Below, piece after piece: positions 49,009-57,926 of a stretch of DNA of 64,000 nt. The first letter of the stretch is position 1; the number at the start of each line of letters is the position of its first letter. The DNA is from an uncultured Gemmatimonadaceae bacterium (GTDB taxonomy: Bacteria; Gemmatimonadota; Gemmatimonadetes; Gemmatimonadales; Gemmatimonadaceae), in assembly GCA_963781585.1 (NCBI GenBank), contig CAWAGQ010000010.1, positions 64,001 to 128,000 on the forward strand, in the 5' to 3' direction. Position numbers and translations under genes: made by a program. The notes under the pieces were generated by a model. The model was not told where the DNA came from. It searched no databases and saw nothing but the letters and a program-made list of their open reading frames with translations.

Positions 49009-50318
49009 AGGACGCCCTCGGCGCGCAGGACCTCGACCAGGATGGCGGCCCCTTCCTCGAGATCAGCCTCCGAGTGAGTGGCGGAGATCGAGATACGGAA
49101 GCGCGACTTGTGCTTCGCCACTGCCGGGTAGATGATCGGCTGCAGGTACAGGCCGGCGCGCTGCAGCGCCTGCGCGATGCAGAAGATCTTCCGGTCGTTG
49201 CGAATCATCACCGGGATAATCTGGGACGTGGACTCGCCCACGTCGACGCCGGCACTGGCGAGCAGGCGCCGCATGTACGACACGTTCGACCACAGCCGCT
49301 CGCGCAACGCGGGCTCGCGCTGCGCAATCCGCAGGGCCTCGAGTACACCGGCCGTGACCGCCGGCGACAGGGCGCACGAAAAGACGCGCGAGCGCGCGAA
49401 ACCCATCAGGTAGTTGTACAGACTGCGGGATCCGGCGATGCATCCCCCCATGCCGCCGAGCGCCTTGGAGAACGTGCCGATGTGGATGTCGATCTCATCC
49501 TCGAGGCCGAAGTGCTCCACGACCCCGCGCCCGTTGGCGCCGTAGACAAACGCCGAGTGCGCCTCGTCGATCATGACCCGTGCGCCGTGACGCCGGGCCA
49601 CTTCGACGATCTCGGGCAGGCGCGCCACATCGCCGTCCATGGAGTAGACCCCCTCCACGATGACCAGCCGCTTACCGCTGGTTCCCTTGAGCTTCCGGTT
49701 GAGCTCCTCGGGCTGGTTGTGCCGGAAGAACCGCGCATTCGCCTTGGACAGAATCGCGCCATCCACGATGCTGGCGTGTACGTTCTGATCCATGATGATG
49801 TGGTCTCCGGGACGCATCAGCGCCGCGATCAGCCCGACGTTGGTGCTGTAGCCGGTGGGGAAGATCATCACCGCTTCCTTGCGCTTGAACCGGGCGAGTT
49901 CCTGCTCGAGCGCCAGGTGAATGTCCATGGTCCCGCTCAGGATCGGCGACCCGGCCGCTCCCAGGCCATACTGGTCCAGGGCACCCTTCGCGGCCGCAAT
50001 CACTTCCGGACGGTAGGACAGGCCGAGGTAGTTGTAGGACGCGAGATTCAGCAGGCGGAGGCGCTGGTGGCGCAGTTGCTCCTCCAGCTGGATGCTCGGC
50101 GCCGGCGGCGTTGACATCGGCTGGGAGAACAGATAGTAGCCGTTGCCTCGCGCGTGACCGTACCACCACTCATCGTATGGATCGAAGATCGCGAAAAGAT
50201 CTTCGCTGGATGAGTAGTAGAAATTGCTGTAGTCGTAGTCGGCAAGGGCGCCGTTCGACTTCGTGGTCGCATATCGTTCCGCCTCGTCTGTTTTCAGCGG
50301 CCCGACTCGTGTGGCCAT
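49005..50318 (-). CDS. PLP-dependent alpha-oxoamine synthase, serine palmitoyltransferase-like
   Basis: ASYNYLGL, TGYSTN, HASIVDG, EGVYSMDGD, DEAHS and PLP-Lys GTFSKALG; GGGAGA RBS; lipid-gene context. Confidence 0.8.
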   Translation of the reverse strand: MATRVGPLKTDEAERYATTKSNGALADYDYSNFYYSSSEDLFAIFDPYDEWWYGHARGNGYYLFSQPMSTPPAPSIQLEEQLRHQRLRLLNLASYNYLGLSYRPEVIAAAKGALDQYGLGAAGSPILSGTMDIHLALEQELARFKRKEAVMIFPTGYSTNVGLIAALMRPGDHIIMDQNVHASIVDGAILSKANARFFRHNQPEELNRKLKGTSGKRLVIVEGVYSMDGDVARLPEIVEVARRHGARVMIDEAHSAFVYGANGRGVVEHFGLEDEIDIHIGTFSKALGGMGGCIAGSRSLYNYLMGFARSRVFSCALSPAVTAGVLEALRIAQREPALRERLWSNVSYMRRLLASAGVDVGESTSQIIPVMIRNDRKIFCIAQALQRAGLYLQPIIYPAVAKHKSRFRISISATHSEADLEEGAAILVEVLRAEGVL

Positions 50319-50331
50319 GAGGAGTCTCCCT

Positions 50332-51213
50332 GTGAATTCTCGCTACTCGACTGGCATCGGCTCGACCGCAGCCCCCCCGACTCCGGGGTGGCTCAGTGCG
50401 TTCCGTGCCGTTCGCGGCGCGGTATTCCTGCTCGTCTTCTTCCTGTATCTGCTGGTCGGACTTGGACTGCCGCAGCGTGTGATCGTGTTCCCATTCCTCT
50501 GGATTTTTCCGAAACGCCGGGACCGGGTACTGGGACCCTGGATTCGGGCCCATGCGCGCATTACCCGCGCCCTGGCGCGATTCCCGGGCGGCGTACGTCT
50601 GGACATCCGGGGTACGTTGCCGCCCGAGTGCGGGATCGCGGTCATGAACCACCAGTCGGTGCTGGACGCCATGATCGCGCTGTGCGTGGCACGCGGTCCG
50701 CTTCCGTTGATCCCGGTGCGGACGCGATATCGGTGGGGAATGCCCGGCATTTCGCCTTTCCTGCGGGCGGCGCGATTCCCGTTCATCAGGCAGCAGCGCG
50801 CCACCGCCGACGCGGACCTGGCGGCCATCGAGGCCGAAGCCGAACGCGCCGCGCGTGGAGAGGCGATGATCTTCATTTTTCCGGAGGGCCACCGCACCCG
50901 GACCGGCGACATCGGGCCGTTCATGCCACGCGGGCTCCGGAGCTCGCTGAGGCGCGTCCACCGCCCCGTGTACTGCGTGGTCGGCGACGGAATGTGGCGC
51001 GTGCGGACGCTGGCCGATGTGTTCACGAAGCTCGCCGGAACGCGCGTCACGGTCCGGATCATCGGACCGTTCACCGCGCCGCAGGATGAGCAGGACATTC
51101 CCGGTTTCATCGCGTCGCTCCGGGACCGGATGGTGGCGACGCTGCGGGAATCGCGCGACAGGCCCACTTCGTCGACGCAAACAGATGCGGACTGGCAGCA
51201 GGCCGCCGGCTGA
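50332..51213 (+). CDS. PlsC/LPLAT-family acyltransferase
   Basis: NHQSVLD (HX4D) and FPEGHRT motifs; GAGGAG RBS before GTG 50332. Start is uncertain. Confidence 0.85.
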   Translation: MNSRYSTGIGSTAAPPTPGWLSAFRAVRGAVFLLVFFLYLLVGLGLPQRVIVFPFLWIFPKRRDRVLGPWIRAHARITRALARFPGGVRLDIRGTLPPECGIAVMNHQSVLDAMIALCVARGPLPLIPVRTRYRWGMPGISPFLRAARFPFIRQQRATADADLAAIEAEAERAARGEAMIFIFPEGHRTRTGDIGPFMPRGLRSSLRRVHRPVYCVVGDGMWRVRTLADVFTKLAGTRVTVRIIGPFTAPQDEQDIPGFIASLRDRMVATLRESRDRPTSSTQTDADWQQAAG

Positions 51214-52183
51214 CGGGGCTGTGCGTGCGGCGCTGGCGCTGGGCCTCGATCGCCCCCCGGGAGCCGAGGCATGCGCGCTGGCTGCGCAGCTGGCGTCGGC
51301 CTTCGGAGACGCGACCATGGCAGTGGTACACTACGGGTCGCGGGCCCAAGGGCGGCCCACGCGCACCGAGAGTGCCTATGACTTCTTCGTCATCGTGCGC
51401 GAGTACGATTCGGCCTACCGGACGCTCCACCGCACCGCCGGCACCCACTACCGTCCTGGAGTCGCCGCTGCCCTGGCACGCGTGCTCCCGCCAAACGTGA
51501 TCTCGGTCGCCGACCGAAGCGGCGCCGGGCGGCGCGCCAAGTGCGCCGTGTTGTCCGAGCAGGACTTCCGCCGAGCCAGCTCCGAGCGTGCACGTGACCA
51601 TTTCGTGCGCGGCCGTCTCATGCAATACCTGACGCTGGCCTGGAGCCGCGATCCCGGAACCGCGCGCCTGGTGGCCGACGCCGTCGTCGCGGCGCGCGCC
51701 GGCACGTACGAATGGGTGCGTGCCTTTCTCCCCGAGCGCTTCGACGTCGATGAGTACTGTCGCACGCTCCTCGACGTTTCGTTCGCGCGCGAAATCCGCC
51801 CCGAGCCCCGGTCTCACGTCGTCGCGCTGTACGAGGCGCAGCGTGAGCTGATGCTCGCCATCTACGGACCGTGGCTCGAGCACCTCGCCCAGGGCGATCT
51901 CCTCGTCCGTGAAGGCGAGACGTATCGACACCGTGCGCCGCCTGACGCGCTCGACAGGGCGCGCATCCGTTTCTACTTTCGAAGCAGCAAAGCGCGCGCG
52001 ACGCTTCGCCTCCTCAAGCATGTGGTGTTGTACGAGGGATGGCTCGACTACATCCTCCATAAGGTTTCGCGCAGCACCGGGGAGCGAATCGAAGTGACCG
52101 AACGCGAGCGCCGCTGGCCGCTGATCTTCATGTGGCCGAAAATCCTTCGCTATCTGCGCTCCCGGCCGCAACGCCGCGACTGA
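51185..52183 (+). CDS. Tam41/Mmp37-like nucleotidyltransferase (putative CDP-lipid synthase)
   Basis: YGS...AYDFFVIV nucleotidyltransferase signature, LPPNV and VSFAREIRPE; lies between the acyltransferase and the CDP-alcohol transferase. Alternative start 51221. Confidence 0.65.
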   Translation: MRTGSRPPADGAVRAALALGLDRPPGAEACALAAQLASAFGDATMAVVHYGSRAQGRPTRTESAYDFFVIVREYDSAYRTLHRTAGTHYRPGVAAALARVLPPNVISVADRSGAGRRAKCAVLSEQDFRRASSERARDHFVRGRLMQYLTLAWSRDPGTARLVADAVVAARAGTYEWVRAFLPERFDVDEYCRTLLDVSFAREIRPEPRSHVVALYEAQRELMLAIYGPWLEHLAQGDLLVREGETYRHRAPPDALDRARIRFYFRSSKARATLRLLKHVVLYEGWLDYILHKVSRSTGERIEVTERERRWPLIFMWPKILRYLRSRPQRRD

Positions 52184-52184
52184 G

Positions 52185-52940
52185 ATGAGTCCCGTCGAAA
52201 TCGCCGCCCTCGCGCTGGGCATCGCCGCGCTGGCCACAATGCCCGTCTTCGCGCTGCGCTCACGCGTGCGCTCGGTGGACGCCGACGTCGCGCGACGACC
52301 GACGACCATCTTCCTGGGCTTGTGGATACGCGACTGGTTCATGTGGATCCTGTCACCGATTGAGCGTCGTCTGGTGCACGCGCGCGTGTCGCCAGACGTC
52401 TTCAACTACCTCGGAGTCCTCTTCGGCGCCGCCGCCGGAATCGCCTTCGCGGTCCGGGAGCCATCTCTGGCCGCATGGATGATAGTGCTTGGCGGCGTTT
52501 CCGACATCCTCGACGGCAGAATTGCCAGAGCCCTCGGCGTGGCCTCCGAGTACGGCGCCTTCGTGGACTCGACGTTCGACAGATTCGCCGAGACCTTCAC
52601 GTTTCTCGGCGTGGCCTGGTTCCTGGCCCGCGTGCCATGGGGCGCGGTGGCCACCGCCTTCGCCCTCGGCGGCTCGCTGCTGGTCAGTTTTGCGCGCGCC
52701 CGCGGCGAAGCGCACGGAGTGAAGTTCACAGGCGGAATCATGCAGCGCGCCGAACGACTCGTCCTGCTCGCTCTTGCCGCATTCCTCGATCCCATGGTTA
52801 CCTCCCGCGCCGGGTGGCGGAGCGGCAGCGTGCTCGCCGCCACCGTAGGCCTGATCGGCCTCGGGGCGCTGGCAACCGCCGTGTACCGAACAGCGCGTAC
52901 TGCCCGCGAACTCTACCGTCAAGACTCACGGGTTCGGTAG
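52185..52940 (+). CDS. CDP-alcohol phosphatidyltransferase family protein
   Basis: Complete signature DILDGRIAR..G..S.YGAFVDSTFD; SFARARGE and QRAER. Confidence 0.93.
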   Translation: MSPVEIAALALGIAALATMPVFALRSRVRSVDADVARRPTTIFLGLWIRDWFMWILSPIERRLVHARVSPDVFNYLGVLFGAAAGIAFAVREPSLAAWMIVLGGVSDILDGRIARALGVASEYGAFVDSTFDRFAETFTFLGVAWFLARVPWGAVATAFALGGSLLVSFARARGEAHGVKFTGGIMQRAERLVLLALAAFLDPMVTSRAGWRSGSVLAATVGLIGLGALATAVYRTARTARELYRQDSRVR

Positions 52941-53152
52941 GTTCGGAGCCGCGCCAACGCACGCTGGCACGCCCCGTCCGCAGGGCAGCCGGCAGAATCG
53001 TCGCCTCATCCCGTCCCGCACGCAAGACCGGGAGCCTTCCGACCGCCACGTTCCCTCAGGTAATCTCTGACAGCCTTGGGGGCGTCATCCCGACTTTACG
53101 AGTCGGCATTCGTCCCGATAGGTTCGCGCCCAACGCCCCACCAGACCGCGAG

Positions 53153-53872
53153 TTGACCCCGCCCTCCGCATCGGAAGTCCAGGAAGCCGTTCGCCTCCAC
53201 CGCATCGCCCGCCGGTTCGGCACACGATGGGCGCTGCGAGGCATTTCGATGAGCGTGGCTCCCGGCGAGGTGGTGGGGGTGATGGGGCACAACGGCAGTG
53301 GCAAGAGCACCCTGCTACGGGTGGTCTCAACGGTGCTGAAACCGAACGCAGGCGAGGGGTGGATCTACGGCCATCACCTGGTGCGGGAAGCCATGCAGGT
53401 CCGCCACCTCATCGGCTTTCTGGCGCACTCGCCGGGCCTCTACGACGATCTCAGCGCGCGGGAGAACCTGAGCTTCGCTGCCGCGATGCTGGATGTGGAC
53501 GCGGGACCGATCGACGCGACGCTGGAGCGGGTCGGCCTGTCGCGTGAGCGCGACGAGCGTGTGCGCGGGTATTCGGCCGGAATGCAGCGGCGGCTCGCGC
53601 TGGCGCGAGTCCTGCTCGGTCAGCCACGCCTGCTGCTGCTCGATGAACCATACAACAACTTCGACGCGCAGGGCATCGCGCTGGTGAACGAGGTGATACT
53701 CGAGACGCGTGATCGTGGGGGCGCGGCGCTGGTGGTGCTGCACGACCGTCGCCAGGGCGAAGTGGTGCTGGATCGGGTGATCGAGCTGACCAGGGGTGTG
53801 GTGTCCGGAGGCGAGGACCGGGAGGCGCCCGCTGTGCCGCGTCCCGCCGTCGTCGCGCAGGGAGCTCGTTAG
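53153..53872 (+). CDS. ccmA: Heme ABC exporter ATP-binding protein CcmA
   Basis: GHNGSGKST, YSAGMQRR and LLLLDEP; first gene of the ccm run. TTG start is uncertain. Confidence 0.85.
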   Translation: MTPPSASEVQEAVRLHRIARRFGTRWALRGISMSVAPGEVVGVMGHNGSGKSTLLRVVSTVLKPNAGEGWIYGHHLVREAMQVRHLIGFLAHSPGLYDDLSARENLSFAAAMLDVDAGPIDATLERVGLSRERDERVRGYSAGMQRRLALARVLLGQPRLLLLDEPYNNFDAQGIALVNEVILETRDRGGAALVVLHDRRQGEVVLDRVIELTRGVVSGGEDREAPAVPRPAVVAQGAR

Positions 53873-54559
53873 GTGGCGGTCCCGGCTGATCTGCGCCGCG
53901 TGCGCGCAATCATCTGGAAGGACCTCACCTCCGAGCGCCGGTCGAAGGCCGGCTTCAACGCCGTCACGTTTCTCGGGGTCCTGATCCTGCTCCTGTTCGG
54001 CTTCGCGCTGGGTCCCGACGCCGAGGCGCTGCGGGAGGCGGCGGCCGGCGCGCTCTGGCTCGCCATCCTGTTCGCCGGCGTCCTGGCGTTCAATCGCTCC
54101 TATCAGCTCGAGCTGGATGGAGGCGCACTGGAGCCGTTGCTCCTCTACCCGGCGCCACGATGGACCATCTTCGTCGGCAAGGTCGTCGCCAATCTCCTGT
54201 TCGTGCTACTCGTGGAGCTCATCGTGGTGCCCGTGGCCGCGATTCTCTTTCACGTCAGCGTATCGGGAGCGTGGCTCGCCCAAGCCGGGGTGTTGCTGCT
54301 CGGAAGCGTCGGGTTCGTGTCGCTCGGAACGTTCTACGCCGCAATGGCCAGCCGAAGCCGCGCCCGCGAAGTGCTCCTGCCGTTGCTGTTGTTCCCGATG
54401 CTGGTGCCCGTATTGCTGGCGGCGGCGGAGGCCTCGAAGGCCATGCTCTCGGGCGATCCCATGAACGAGGCCGGGGCCTGGATACGACTTCTGGCGGCAT
54501 TTGACGTAATCTTCGTGGTGGCATCGGTCTTTGCCTTCGATTCCGTGATCGAGGTCTGA
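53873..54559 (+). CDS. ccmB: Heme exporter permease CcmB
   Basis: KDLTSERR, ELDGGALEPLLL and REVLLPLLLFP. Confidence 0.9.
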   Translation: MAVPADLRRVRAIIWKDLTSERRSKAGFNAVTFLGVLILLLFGFALGPDAEALREAAAGALWLAILFAGVLAFNRSYQLELDGGALEPLLLYPAPRWTIFVGKVVANLLFVLLVELIVVPVAAILFHVSVSGAWLAQAGVLLLGSVGFVSLGTFYAAMASRSRAREVLLPLLLFPMLVPVLLAAAEASKAMLSGDPMNEAGAWIRLLAAFDVIFVVASVFAFDSVIEV

Positions 54560-54560
54560 C

Positions 54561-55298
54561 ATGCGTGATGCGGTTCTTCTCCAGCCCGTGATTCCGGCGA
54601 CCACCTCGTCGCCGCGGCGCGGGACCTACGAGTGGCTCGGCGCCCTCGCGCTGGTGTCGTTGGTCGGCGCCCAACTCCTCGGCATCCTGACCAGTCCGCC
54701 GGACCGGGACATGGGCGACCTGCAGAAGATCATGTACGTCCACGTCCCGGCGGCGTGGAACGCCTTCATCGCCTACTTCGTCGTGGCGATCTCCAGCCTC
54801 CTCTATTTATGGAAGGGGCAAGAGCGACACGACCTGCTCGCTGCGTCAGCCGCCGAGGTCGGAGCGGTCCTGACGGGGCTCACGCTCGTGCTCGGTTCCA
54901 TCTGGGGCCGCCCCACCTGGGGCATCTGGTGGACCTGGGACGCGCGCCTGACGTCGACCGCCGTGCTGCTCCTGATCTTCGTGGGGTATCTGGCGCTGCG
55001 ATCGTTCGTGGATGACGCCGATCGCCGCGCTCAATGGAGCGCGGCGGTGGGCCTGCTTGGTGCGCTCAACGTCCCCATTGTGTACATGTCGGTACGCTGG
55101 TGGCGGACCATTCACCAGATTCAGTCGTCGCCGAACACGGTCGATCCCCGGTACGTGCGGGGTCTGCGGGCGAACGCGATCGCGTTCCTGCTGGTGCTCG
55201 TTTACTTCATATTGAAGCGGTATCGCGCCGCACAGCTCGAGCGGGCGGCGGAGCATCTGGCCGAGCGCGCGGCGCTTGGCCCGGAGGGGGCAGCATGA
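54561..55298 (+). CDS. ccmC: Heme exporter CcmC
   Basis: YVHVPAAW, WWD motif GSIWGRPTWGIWWTWDARLT and WWRTIHQ. Confidence 0.93.
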   Translation: MRDAVLLQPVIPATTSSPRRGTYEWLGALALVSLVGAQLLGILTSPPDRDMGDLQKIMYVHVPAAWNAFIAYFVVAISSLLYLWKGQERHDLLAASAAEVGAVLTGLTLVLGSIWGRPTWGIWWTWDARLTSTAVLLLIFVGYLALRSFVDDADRRAQWSAAVGLLGALNVPIVYMSVRWWRTIHQIQSSPNTVDPRYVRGLRANAIAFLLVLVYFILKRYRAAQLERAAEHLAERAALGPEGAA

Positions 55299-55450
55299 TT
55301 GACAACAGTCGGTTCATCATCGCCGCGTACACCGTGACCTGGGTCTGCTTCGTCGCGTACGCGGTGCGGCTCCACGTGGTCGCTCGCCGGGCTCGCGCGC
55401 AGTACGATGAAGCGGCGCGCGCGAGCGGTGAAACCGGGAGGGGAGAATGA
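55295..55450 (+). CDS. ccmD: CcmD-like small membrane protein
   Basis: 51 aa with FIIAAYTVTW TM and a charged tail; ATGA overlaps at both ends between ccmC and ccmE. Confidence 0.8.
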   Translation: MIDNSRFIIAAYTVTWVCFVAYAVRLHVVARRARAQYDEAARASGETGRGE

Positions 55451-55905
55451 GCAACACGCGCGGACGACGCCGTGCCGCCATCGCGGTGGCGGTGGTGCTG
55501 GTGCTGGGGACGTTCGGCTTTCTGATCTGGGGCGGCATCGACCAGAACGTGGTGTTCTTCCTCACGCCGAAGGAGTTGGTGGCGCGCGGCAACGCAGCCT
55601 ATGATGTGCCGGTGCGTCTGGGGGGCCAGGTCGAACCCGGGTCGGTGAAGTGGGACGCGCAGCGGCTCGATCTCCGGTTCGTGCTCACCGACGGCACGGA
55701 TACGGTAGGCGTGCATTCCACCGGCGCGCCGCCGCAGATGTTCCGCGACGGCATGGGGGTCGTGGTGGAAGGCAAATACCGCCGTGACGGCGTGTTCGAG
55801 TCGACCAACCTGATGGTGAAGCACTCGAACGAATACCACCCTCCCAAGCCGGGTCAGATGCCAGAGGAGATGTACAAGTCTCTCATCCGGGAGAACAAGT
55901 CGTGA
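55447..55905 (+). CDS. ccmE: Heme chaperone CcmE
   Basis: FFLTPKE, VRLGG, PQMFRDGMGVVVEG and heme-binding KHSNEY (HxxxY). Confidence 0.93.
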   Translation: MSNTRGRRRAAIAVAVVLVLGTFGFLIWGGIDQNVVFFLTPKELVARGNAAYDVPVRLGGQVEPGSVKWDAQRLDLRFVLTDGTDTVGVHSTGAPPQMFRDGMGVVVEGKYRRDGVFESTNLMVKHSNEYHPPKPGQMPEEMYKSLIRENKS

Positions 55906-57926
55906 CGCGCCTGCTCGGATACGACGCGCTGGTGGTGGCGCTGGGGACCGTGGTCGTGGGCGCCATCGCCCTGCTGCTGGGCGCCTGGCGCCGCCGCGAC
56001 CAGTGGATGCAGGTGGGATACACCGCCGTCTTCGTCGCCTTCGGGCTGATCACCGTGTCAGTCCTCGCGATGGTTTACGCGCTGGTCTCGCACGACTTCA
56101 GCGTGAGCTACGTGGCGCAGGTCGGCAGTCGTGAGACGCCCCTCTTCTACACGGTCATTTCGTTGTGGGGAGCTCTCGAGGGATCGATCCTGCTCTGGGT
56201 GTGGGTGCTGTCGATGTACGCGGCGCTGGTGATCTATCAGCTGCGGGGCCGGCCAGGCCGGCTGGTGCCGTTTGCCGGCGGGACGCTGATGGTGATCGCG
56301 ACCTTCTTCCTGGTGCTGCTGGTCGGTCCGGCCAATCCCTTCGGTCTGGTGACGCCGGTGCTGGCGAACGGTCCGGGGCCGAATCCGCTGCTGCAGAATC
56401 ACATCCTGATGGCGGTGCACCCTCCGCTGCTGTACCTCGGCTACGTCGGGATGTCGGTGCCGTTTTCATTCGCCATGGGGGCGATGCTGTCCGGCGAGGT
56501 CGCGGACGACGGTTGGATTCGCCTGACGCGACGGTGGACGCTGGTGGCGTGGAGCTTTCTCTCGGCAGCGATCATCGCCGGGATGTGGTGGTCGTACGAG
56601 GTTCTGGGCTGGGGTGGGTACTGGGCGTGGGATCCGGTGGAAAACGCCTCGTTCATCCCCTGGCTGACGGCCACCGCCTACCTGCACTCGGTGATGGTGC
56701 AGGAGCGCCGGGGACTGCTCAAGTTATGGAACCTGAACCTGATCGTTGCCACGTTCGTGCTCACAATCCTCGGCACGTTCCTCACGCGCAGTGGCATTCT
56801 CTCATCGGTCCACGCGTTCACCCAGGGCACGATCGGTTACTACTTCCTCGGCTTCATCGCGCTGGCGCTGCTGACCTCGTTCGCGCTGGTGGCTGGCAAC
56901 TCCGACCGGCTGCAGGGCACTGGTTCACTCGACGCGGCGGTATCGCGCGAATCGGTGTTCCTGCTGAACAACCTGTTCCTCACCGCGTTCACCGTGACGG
57001 TGCTGGTGGGAACGCTCTACCCGCTGGTGGCGGAGGCGGCGCGAGGCGTGAAGGTCAGTGTCGGGGAGCCGTTCTTCAACAAGATGACACTGCCGATCTG
57101 CGCCGCGCTTCTCTTTCTGATGGGAGTGGGTCCGGCGCTGCCTTGGCGCCGTGCCTCGCGCGATGTGATCCGGCGGCAGCTCACGCCTCCCGCGATCGCG
57201 GCCGTCGCCGGGGCCCTGGTCGCCTTCGCGGTCGGTGCCCGGTCGGCGTACGCGCTCGCCGCCTACGGCTTCGCGGCGTTCGCGCTGACCGCCAACGTGC
57301 GCGAGTTCGTCTCGGGGACCATGGCGCGGCGCCGGGCGCATGGCGAGGCGCCATGGACGGCGCTGTTGCGTCTGGTCGGCGGGAATCGGCGGCGCCACGG
57401 CGGATACATCGCCCATCTTGGCATCATCTGTGTCACGTTAGGCATCGCGACATCGGCGACGTTCCGCAGCGATCGGGAAGCGACGCTCACGAAGGGACAG
57501 TCACTGACGCTGCGCGGCTACACGATCCGGCTCAACGACGTCTACGGGCGGGAGGAGCCCCAGCGCCAGGTGATCGCGGCCGGAGTGTCCGTGCTGCGCG
57601 GCAGCCAGGAGGTCGGACGCCTCGAACCGCGCATGAACTTCTATCCCACCTCGGAGCAACCGGTGCCCTCGCCGGCGGTGCGCAGCCGACCGTCGGGCGA
57701 CGTCTACGTGAACCTCATGGCGTTTGCGCAGGACGGCAGCAACGCCACGCTGCGCGTGATCGTGGAGCCTCTGGTTCCGTGGATCTGGTCGGGAGGGCTG
57801 ATCATCGTGCTCGGCGCACTGGTGTCGATGGGCGGGGCGAAGGAGCGCGTGCCCGCGCCGGTCGGAAGGCTGGCGTGGCGCCAGGTCCCGCCGGCCGTCG
57901 CCGAGCCGTTCGGGGGCGCGCCGTGA
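55902..57926 (+). CDS. ccmF: Cytochrome c heme lyase CcmF
   Basis: WGALEGS, HPPLLYLGY, WSYEVLGWGGYWAWDPVENAS and TRSGILSSVHAF. Confidence 0.95.
   Translation: MTRLLGYDALVVALGTVVVGAIALLLGAWRRRDQWMQVGYTAVFVAFGLITVSVLAMVYALVSHDFSVSYVAQVGSRETPLFYTVISLWGALEGSILLWVWVLSMYAALVIYQLRGRPGRLVPFAGGTLMVIATFFLVLLVGPANPFGLVTPVLANGPGPNPLLQNHILMAVHPPLLYLGYVGMSVPFSFAMGAMLSGEVADDGWIRLTRRWTLVAWSFLSAAIIAGMWWSYEVLGWGGYWAWDPVENASFIPWLTATAYLHSVMVQERRGLLKLWNLNLIVATFVLTILGTFLTRSGILSSVHAFTQGTIGYYFLGFIALALLTSFALVAGNSDRLQGTGSLDAAVSRESVFLLNNLFLTAFTVTVLVGTLYPLVAEAARGVKVSVGEPFFNKMTLPICAALLFLMGVGPALPWRRASRDVIRRQLTPPAIAAVAGALVAFAVGARSAYALAAYGFAAFALTANVREFVSGTMARRRAHGEAPWTALLRLVGGNRRRHGGYIAHLGIICVTLGIATSATFRSDREATLTKGQSLTLRGYTIRLNDVYGREEPQRQVIAAGVSVLRGSQEVGRLEPRMNFYPTSEQPVPSPAVRSRPSGDVYVNLMAFAQDGSNATLRVIVEPLVPWIWSGGLIIVLGALVSMGGAKERVPAPVGRLAWRQVPPAVAEPFGGAP

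Noticed and set aside
49005..50318. bioF or kbl assignment
   Set aside because: The SYNYLGL motif, extended N-terminus and lipid-enzyme neighbours favour a long-chain-base synthase. It cannot be fully excluded without a phylogeny, so no gene symbol is given.
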